DNA of 64,000 nucleotides from Epithemia pelagica. Lineage: Eukaryota; Protista; Bacillariophyta. Below the pieces are notes generated by a model. That model did not search any database. It had not been told where the DNA came from and worked only from the letters and a program-made list of their open reading frames with translations. A program made the position numbers and the translations under genes. The DNA lies in assembly GCA_946965045.2 (NCBI GenBank), contig OX337233.1, positions 3,286,001 through 3,350,000 on the forward strand, read 5' to 3'. Shown one piece after another: positions 55,795 to 64,000 of this stretch (within the stretch, counting starts at the first letter, position 1; every line of letters begins with the position of its first letter).

Positions 55795-56620
55795 TAGAGA
55801 GATGGTGGTTTCTTTGGTTCCACGACATGGACCACAAACTCTCAAATCAGGGACTTTTGGTGGTTGGAACCATTGCACTGTACCACACGACGTCTCGCGG
55901 GTCGTCCATCCAAAGAAAAAGAAGGGCAACAGGACACTATGGTCGCTCTCTCCCAACACGACGCTCTTGTAGAAACGCGGGGAACCCAACAGTCAAAAGT
56001 TGCGTGCGTAGGTAGTTCGACAGAGATGGTTCGAAGCACCCCTTACACACGCAAGTAAGTATTATTCGAGCGCCAACGAATCGAGAGAGAGAGCGAGATG
56101 GGGATGCCACACGACATGCGAGCATAACTGGTGTTTTCCCACGAAACACAACACACGGACTGTTCCAGCCCTTTTCTACTCTAGTTCTCTCTCTCTCTCT
56201 CTCTTTTGCTACATGCATTCTACTCTAGACAGACAGAGAATGGTCACAGTTTTGAAACTAGTGTCTCGATAAAATACAAAGCAAACTACTAGGTGTATAG
56301 AAAAGAATACAATAGTCATGGGCATATTAGTTCCAAATGCTCGAGAAAATTGAAGAAACAGAGGATTGTCCACAAGCTTGCATTCCTCTGGGAGTGAAGA
56401 GAGAGAGAGAGAGGGATAGATTCGATGCACGTGTCTTTTTTCTTGGTCTTTTTTCTTTGGATTTGGCGCATGCGACCTGTTGTTCGAGAACCGACAAAGC
56501 AAAGAAGGAATCTTCTTGTGTCCTACCTAGACGTGGAACGGTCTTGTTGTCGAATTCCTTCAACGGTGCCTTTCAATCCAATCGATTCTCTAGTACTTCT
56601 CTGTTTTTTTTGTTTGTGCT

Positions 56621-56983
56621 TTAGAGTTTGGTCATTCCTTGATTCGTTTGCGTGTCATCGTCATCGTCGTCATCCCATGGATGCGTCGTTTGAGGGGGTG
56701 GTCGTCCCATAGTCGTGGCTGTTGCGGCGGCTGCTGCGGCCGTCGTTGTAGTGGCATTTCGGGTGGTCAACGTGTTGGTTTTGCTCAAAAAGGAGGGGGT
56801 TTGTTTGACCCGCGACAACAAGGCATTGGCATTGCGTGTGTACAAGGTCATGCCGGCCGACGATCCCAAAATGACGGCGGCCATGACATAGGACACGGTC
56901 GTGGGACTCCAGGTATCACTGACTTGCCGATTCGAATTATGGGGTGACGTTGTATTGTTGCTGTTGTTGCTGCTGCTTGACAT
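56621..56983 (-). CDS. Hypothetical small single-TM protein
   Basis: 120-aa ORF with an ATG start and one hydrophobic helix (YVMAAVILGSSAGMTLY). Confidence 0.45.
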   Translation of the reverse strand: MSSSSNNSNNTTSPHNSNRQVSDTWSPTTVSYVMAAVILGSSAGMTLYTRNANALLSRVKQTPSFLSKTNTLTTRNATTTTAAAAAATATTMGRPPPQTTHPWDDDDDDDTQTNQGMTKL

Positions 56984-58448
56984 GATGTTACAAAAGACTC
57001 TTGTTTCTTGTTGCTTCTTGGTGGTGGTGGTGTTTGTTGTTGTAGAAAGAGATATCCTTTTGTGTTCTCTCTTTCCCTAATTATTTTTTCTCCCTCACTC
57101 TTCAATGGACGTTCGCACAATTTGGGAGCATGTTCATTGACATGGCAGAAGAAGAATCCTTTTTTTCGGCCGCATCTGTTTGGTGTCATGATTCTATTCC
57201 TTCGCGCTCATTGATGTTTTAGAATACGAAAAGTTATCTCTCTCTACGAGTATAGTAGAAGAGGGAATAGTCTATTCTTCCAGCTGCCGCGCCTACCCGC
57301 TAGAGGGTACGGTCGACCGACTGCCCTGTCGCCATTACTCTCGGAATCATGGAGGGGGGGACAGCCCGCTTGTGACAAGGGGCCACATAGACGAACCGCT
57401 TTTCGGGCCCCACATCTAGCTAGAACCCTCCCAATCCCAACCACCTAATCACAGCGGACTCGAACCCTGGACACCCAGGAACCGAGACCATCATGAGCAA
57501 AGGTCCGAACCACTCGACCAAGGCGGCTGACGAGGAGTGTCAAATATAACAGCGACTGGAACGCGGCTCGTCCATCCTTCCGAATCCAAAGAATCTTTTG
57601 TCTTTTGATGTGGTTCATGTGATGCCATCATCTCAAGGGTCACACAGACCATGAGACGGCCGACCGCGTGATCTCTACTACAACAGAGAGAGAAACAGGA
57701 GAGGTGGATCCCAAGGATGGTCGTGTGTGGTTCCACCTCCGTTTCGTTTTTCGAGGAGACGGGGGCGGATGGGATGCGCGTGAAACCAAACAAGACACAG
57801 CGCTGTTGTGTCGATAGATCGTTGCATCGCATCCTTGCACACAAAACAAACACACACATTGCGCACTCGCTCTCGAATCCGTCCGCATCGCACCCCCAAA
57901 ATCTCTCTCTCTCTCTCTCTCACCTACTGGCAGTCGAACACAATCCCAATACGACGACCAAGACGAACACAGTTTCTTCAAGCGATTTTGAAAAGCGTGT
58001 GTGAGAGGAACAATTGCTTGGTTCGATCCTTATCCACACAAGAAACAAAAGGCATCATCGTCATTCTCATCTTCATGACAGTTCGCACAACCCTTGAATC
58101 TTATATGATCTTGGTGCTGTATAAGCCAACGATTGGACCATGCCAGTCAGTCTTTTTTGTGGACTTTTTTGCGTGCCGCCGATATTCCTCGAATGTCAGT
58201 TGGCCCGACCGTCTGCCCGAGTGGCGGTGTGGTCGACGGTGGTCCTTCTCTCCGGAAACCAGACCTGATGGCAACGCTGTAGCGTGTTTGTGTGGGTGGG
58301 TCCATGGCATGCACCCCGTATCCAGGAGAGAAGCATTCCTCGGAAACAACAAACAAAAAGCTTTGGAGTATGTCCCATGCTTTGGTCCGATTCCAACCAC
58401 AAGCAGCATGGGATCCAACACGACACCCACACAAGGCATTCGTCCCAC

Positions 58449-58540
58449 GGCCGTGTGCCCTCACGGATTGGAAACTGTACGCGGGATGCCCTACTCGTCC
58501 GATGGCCGTGTGCCGTCACGGAGTGGAAACTGTACGCGGG
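58449..58540 (+). repeat. Tandem repeat, two copies, period 55 bp
   Basis: GGCCGTGTGCC(C/G)TCACGGA(T/G)TGGAAACTGTACGCGGG at 58449 and 58504. Confidence 0.85.
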
Positions 58541-59460
58541 AAAAATGACCCAATAGAGAGGTGTTTGTACGTGGCAACATGCTGGACCGTATCGCTCCCA
58601 ACGAACAAACTCGTTGGGTTCTGAACTGTTTCCTGTTATGGGCCACGCCCAAGCGCTGTGAACAATGCCTCTGCGCAACAACGCGTGTAGGGACGCGGAA
58701 TCACTGACAATTTCGCAACGACGGCGACGACGACAAGAAGAACCATTCCTTGCCCTCGTCGTACCCCCAACGCAACATGGTTCGGCAACGAGATTTATTG
58801 GTTACCGATGCCACGTATCCAGTACACATGTCGTCAACAAGCGCGTGCAAGTCGATGCTGCCGTCGGTACCCCGTCGTGGATGAATTGGTGGGATCGTCA
58901 AGGCGCATTGCTGGAGCGGGCCGGGTGCAGCTCTTTCGCTCGCTATAGTTGCTTGCCATGCCCCAAGTCTATATACTAGAGAAAAAGATTTCCAAACGCA
59001 CGAATAGCACAAGTTGTGGGAGGGTTATTACTTTAGTAGGATAGTAGTGGTCGTTGCAACGGCAAGGACCGAATCTACAGACACAGAACAATGTTCCACC
59101 CAACTCGCGCTCCAGGATTGGGAATGGGTTCTTCAACAATAAGGACATAGTTCACACTAGCAGAACAAGAGAGAGAGAGAAAGGTAGTAGTAGCAGTGGA
59201 AATCATAGACACGTTTGTTTCCAATGATGACCCAACGAAAAAAGGTCAATGGTAACAAAAGAGGGGAGGGATATACGAGTGTTCCAATCTTGTTGCCGTC
59301 ATGGCGGAAAGGTAACCCTACTCTCCCGTTTCGTTCCACTGCTGCCAACAGTTTTGTTTTTGATTCATCCAAAAAAACCAGGGGGGTCCTCCATCCTTCA
59401 TCATTTATATAGTATATCCATCCTGCAGCCAGAGTGTCGGTATATGCCTGCCCTTGATCA

Positions 59461-60213
59461 TCAACACAATTCATCGGGCGCCGTTTGGTATTGCGACAGA
59501 GACACACCATCATTGGAAAAGTGAAAGAGCAATCGGGATATGGAATTGCGACATTCTTGTCCCTTGATTCGTTCAAAGCGACACGAGACGGAATTGGGTT
59601 CATTGGTAAAATAGTCTTTTCCAAAATACCAGGTATTGTAATCGAGCGACCCTGTCGCCGGCATCCACCGATCGAGCGGTTCTTGTTTAAAGTGGGCGGT
59701 ATAATCGGCCAAGCAATTTTGCGAGCTGCTCGCCACTTCACCGGGCACGTACGAGTAGGTCCCATACATGGACATGAAGCCCAAGCCATCGCTTTGCAAT
59801 TCGGCAAAGGAACCATCGCGCAGGGCTACAAAGTTGTAAGATATCATACCTTGTGTTTGCACCAAGCAGGTCTTGGTCCAGACACCAATCATGATTTCAT
59901 TGCACGGCAAGGGATGAGAGGAGCCCAGCAAAAACAATTGGGCCGAGCGAGTCCAGATTCCTCCTTGTGGAATCCAGTTTTGAGCCACAGCGACAAGGGT
60001 CAGTGATACAATGACCAGGATGATACTGGAAATTATCACAATCTGCTGGGCCAGTGGTTTTCTTCTTGGTCTACTGGTGATCCAATCTTCGTCGTCGTCA
60101 TCGTCTTGTGGAAGTGTAATGGAGGAGGATGCGGTTGGACTGCCATGAGGAAGCAAGCGACTGAGTTCGGTGGCCGGTGGTACCGAGGAGGATGATTCGA
60201 ATGTGGAATTCAT
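59461..60213 (-). CDS. Hypothetical type II membrane protein; may continue to 59157 through a frameshift
   Basis: ATG 60213; one TM (IVIISSIILVIVSLTLVAVA) followed by a Cys-containing luminal domain. Confidence 0.55.
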   Translation of the reverse strand: MNSTFESSSSVPPATELSRLLPHGSPTASSSITLPQDDDDDEDWITSRPRRKPLAQQIVIISSIILVIVSLTLVAVAQNWIPQGGIWTRSAQLFLLGSSHPLPCNEIMIGVWTKTCLVQTQGMISYNFVALRDGSFAELQSDGLGFMSMYGTYSYVPGEVASSSQNCLADYTAHFKQEPLDRWMPATGSLDYNTWYFGKDYFTNEPNSVSCRFERIKGQECRNSISRLLFHFSNDGVSLSQYQTAPDELC

Positions 60214-61251
60214 CGTGTCGTAGCAGTAGTATATATATGTATATGGATTATGGAGAGAACCGGGAACGGAACGAATCCACCGTAGTTTTGGGTAGTGTTG
60301 ACACTCCAAGCAAGAATGGCCTGATGATTGAATTCTACTTTTTGTGGTCTTGTTGAATCAAATCAATAAGGTTACGCACGAAAGGTTGAGACCATGCACA
60401 ATCCAAGACAGAGCGATGGAATAGGACCAGAGAAAGCAACTGTAGATTCACACAAGAACTACGGATGGGAATGGATGGAAGAAAAGGAGGACCACACCTC
60501 CACCAATACCATTGCGGGGGTTCTGGAAGAAGAAGAAGACAAAGATGGGGATTTATTGTTGTGTGTTGCGATCCAAACGGGCGGCGCGGTTGTTGTTGTG
60601 TGTGAGATCTTCGTTCTGCGCGGTGGATTTTGAAAATTTTTACTCTTGGTGCCGCATTGGCCCGATCCGTCATACTTAATCAACAGCCTTTTGCACGCCC
60701 TGCGTGGTCGGAGAGTACGCACCCGTCTCGCCAAACTTCGGCGGCTGGAATGACGCCAAGCGTGCACAGCCATATCCCGGCGATGATGTCGACCGACTGA
60801 CTGGCGCGCTTGTCCGCCCTAACGGGAATTGTCTGTCCGCACGATGGACAACATCCCCCAAGATTTCTTTTGCGCGACCGAAGAACTTCTTGTGATCCGC
60901 GACCAAATAAGACGCCGTTCCTCAAAACGCGACTGGAACCGGATGGAGGGACTGTCGCACAACACACACGGGCCATAGCTATGTCTTTGGTGATGTAAGG
61001 CGCAACGATATGCCGTTGGCATGTCTCCCTACAACAACATAGCGTACGAGACAATTGTTGGCACAAACGCCACGCAACCACATAAAAGTTTTCTCAAACG
61101 AGACGACAGATTCTGAAGCAAAAATCTCAACAACCTCAAATACACACCACAACATCCGGCCGTCACACCCTCAGCCACAACACTTGTTTGCTGTTGTTGT
61201 CACACCACTCTATCATCATCACACCACAAGAATCCACAACCATATTAGACC

Positions 61252-62312
61252 ATGTCCAAAAACTTGAATGAGTTTCAAAATGCCACTGTCGGAATGGCGG
61301 TGGGCTGCATTGAGGTACGCCCCATGGCGGTTTTGGTTGGTCGTCGAACAAAATGTGTGGTCGACGGACAGTGTGCCCTTGTGCACAGTCATTCCTTCTC
61401 GTTGCTGACACTCGTTCCTTTGCTGTTTGATGCATGATTCTTGTTGTTCCATTGCCAAATCACTACTACTTCAAATACTACTACCTACCCCTTTGTCTAC
61501 AGGTATGCTCGTTGCAACCACTCAACTACGCAAAGAATATGACGCAGATCAATCATCCCATTTCCTTGAACCCAATGGTCATGTACCGAGGCGTGGCCGC
61601 TAATGCCCTCAACATGGGCTCTTGTACCATGATTCAGTTTACGGTGGGAGGATATTTGCGAAAGCTCACCTTGGGTGAAAATCGCGATCGAATCTTGTCG
61701 CTCAAGGAAGAAATGCTCTGTGGTTTGGGTGCCGGTACCGCCAGTGCCTTTTTGGGATCTCCTCTCGAACTCGTCATGGTCCAACAACAGAAAAAGGGCA
61801 CGTCGGTGGCTCAAACCATGTCCAATATCCTGGAAAACCCCGCCAACATTGGTCGTGGTTGGATTGGCTGTGCCGTCCGCGAAGCCTTGTGGACCTGTGG
61901 TTTCTTGTCCATTCCGCCCGTGGTGCGACGAGAAATTCAAAAGGAATGGCCCGAGTATTTTCCCACCAACGATCATGCCCGAATTCCGGCCGCCTTGCTC
62001 GGGGCCCTCTTTGCCTGTTATTTGACGCATCCCTTTGATACCATCAAAACTTGTATGCAAGGCGATATCGAACGAAAAACGTATGGAACGCTGACCCAAA
62101 CGGCGCGTACGATTTGGGGTCAACATGGACTGGCCGGCTTTTATCGTGGATCCACCTTTCGGTATGCTCGTCAAGTATGTGCCGTCTTTATCATGGATCT
62201 CATGCAAGAAAAAGTCGGACAATTGCTCTACCCCCGCGCCTTTTCGCCCATGGACGACGAGGAAGAGGAGGAAGCCTATACCAACCAACGACGCTATCCG
62301 ACACACATGTAA
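61252..62312 (+). CDS. Mitochondrial carrier (SLC25) protein; intron 61315-61502
   Basis: Three Px(D/E)xx(K/R)-type repeats: QPLNYAK, SPLELVM, HPFDTIK. Confidence 0.9.
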
Positions 62313-62749
62313 TGACGGATTGGAACCACAACGACGAGTCGACTAGTGGGTGGGTGTGTAGCTTGTGGCGCGATCGACACACGGTTCCTACCAACCAAAA
62401 CGATGTAGTAGGACTCTAGTACGCCAATTTATTTCGTAGTCAAGAAGCATTCAAGAGTATTGGTTTGTCTCTAGAAGAAGAAAAGAGGTGTGGATCCCTA
62501 CCTAGAGTTGCCTTTCGTCAGCCATTCCAAGAAGAGATCGAGATCACCGCATAGTTCGTATCCTGCCGGTCGTCGGAAGGTCCTCATTTTTTACACGCAT
62601 CTTGTGCGACTGAACTCGCACGCACACGCACGAAGGTGCACAAACGAGAACTGCAACTCCTGCCAACAACTTGGACAGACGACGTGTCCTTCGTCGTTCG
62701 GGACTTTCGACTTTCGACAGCGTGTCCATGGTGTGGATTGGGTGGATCA

Positions 62750-62782
<33 letters not shown>

Positions 62783-63107
62783 TCCATGATGTCACATGGA
62801 TGAAGAAGGAAGAAGAAGGTATCTTTTGAGAGAGAGACCATGTGAGCATATGAGAGACACATCTCAATCCGACACCCACATGACCTCTAGTAGACAATTC
62901 TCCAAACACAGATATCATGTCCTTCATATTTTTTCATGGTATTGAAACAGGAGCAGGATGGCAACCTCAAGACCCTGTCCTTTCTACCCTCTCTCTCTTT
63001 CTCGCACAAGACGAGAGAGGCACCTACGATGATGATGTGACTGATTGACAAAAGAAACTATGAATCCACTTTACTACGGACACGTGAACCTATGACAAGA
63101 GTGCTAC

Positions 63108-64000
63108 CTATACCATTTCCCCTCCAATGGTTGTCTCCTGACTGTGCACTTCCATGACAGATTCGGAGATGGGTTGCAACTCGTGGCATGCCGTGTCCGT
63201 ATCGACCCCAAAACCAGCATGACCCGGTTCGTTCTGGTCCTCCAAGTCTTCTTCTTCTCCTCCTACTGTTGCGGATTTGTCTGGCTCCTCCTCCTCCTTG
63301 TTGTTGTCGTCGTCGCTGGCAGCACCATGGAGTTTGAGGGCCGTCTCGTGAAATTCTTGAATCAAGTGCCGTCCCTGTGCAGCCCATTCGCGTTGATTGC
63401 GCACGGCGTACTGATAGTATTCGTCACTGGAGACACCAAAGACACCACACTCTCTCAAATTGTGCGCCAAGGGAAGAATATAAGATTCAAAAAAGTTCAA
63501 TTCGGCCTGGTACCAATACTCGGAGGGATTTGGTTGTTGTCGTCCCTCGGAATATGCTCGATAGACTTCGCAATAGAGACGTTGATTCCATTTTTGATAC
63601 ATTTGAAAATGTTGCATGGTATGCGCCACATCGGATGCCTGCATCAAGTGTTCCAACACAATCGTGGCTCGACGACCATGGTTGGCTGCTGTGGGGGCGG
63701 ATTCTGCAAAGGCACGGGTCCAACGCTGCTTCCGAGCGGCTCCCAACTCGGGGTCCAGAATCTAGGAAAATACAACGACAAGGAAAACAAGAAGGAACAC
63801 AAGAAACGCGCGTCAGCAATTGTCGTTTCCAACACAAGACACGAACAGACTCTTGTTGTTGTGGTTCGTTTCGTCTTACATCTGTCGCCAGGACCAATTG
63901 GACCAAGAGTTGACGAAACCGTTTGGCTTCGGCCGGGGTGGTATAAATGGCACGTCGCAAGGCATGGTACTCGTCTTGCAGGAGGATGGACCAGGCCAGG
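63108..64000 (-). CDS. 3' end of a 3',5'-cyclic nucleotide phosphodiesterase-domain gene (diatom cyclase-PDE type); intron 63762-63879; starts beyond the window
   Basis: RFRQLLVQLVLATD|ILDPEL…ATIVLEHLMQASDVAHTMQH…WYQAELNFFESYILPLA…CGVFGVSSDEY. Confidence 0.88.

Noticed and set aside
57491-58100. Protein-like fragments (MSKGPNHST…, GEVDPKDGRVWFHLRF…)
   Set aside because: Short, stop-interrupted and unassignable; possibly decayed coding DNA, but not supportable.
60335-61100. Several overlapping short ORFs on both strands
   Set aside because: No consistent frame or recognisable motif.
62544-62927. 127-aa poly-Q ORF on the minus strand
   Set aside because: Low complexity (CTG microsatellite) with no family signal; may be non-coding.

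Overview
Eukaryotic nuclear DNA, most likely from a pennate diatom. The basis is short GT-AG introns, a CoDi-like Ty1/copia element, and diatom-style PDEase and HMG-box genes. The window has two parts. (1) About 1-18.5 kb is an accessory, mobile island. A complete copia LTR retrotransposon (1791-10110) has 758-bp LTRs that look identical, an ACTGC target-site duplication, an extra 251-aa ORF upstream of gag-pol, a chromodomain-like integrase tail and an unusual primer site matching a tRNA-Asn anticodon arm. It sits inside the Zn-binding motif of an intronless RecQ-like helicase gene. That helicase converges on a broken gene with a DUF6589-like motif, and the pair may be an uncharacterised DNA mobile element. 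Next come two Crinkler-like nuclease+kinase paralogues with unrelated N-terminal headers, each cut off from the same ancestral C-terminal domain by a different mutation. A kelch pseudogene lies between them. (2) About 18.9-64 kb is mostly gene-dense housekeeping sequence: HMG-box, HIS6/hisA, NadD-like, CDF Zn transporter, TIM9, RPS5, class V aminotransferase, SLC33A1-like, RPA1, RNASEH2C, tRNA-Gly(GCC), kelch, NMD3, cyclophilin H, FkbM methyltransferase, GH18, FAD monooxygenase-ankyrin, a mitochondrial carrier and the 3' end of a PDEase gene. It also has a few orphans, a LURP1-like pseudogene and a structured 90-bp repeat. All family assignments come from motifs read by eye; no database searches were run.
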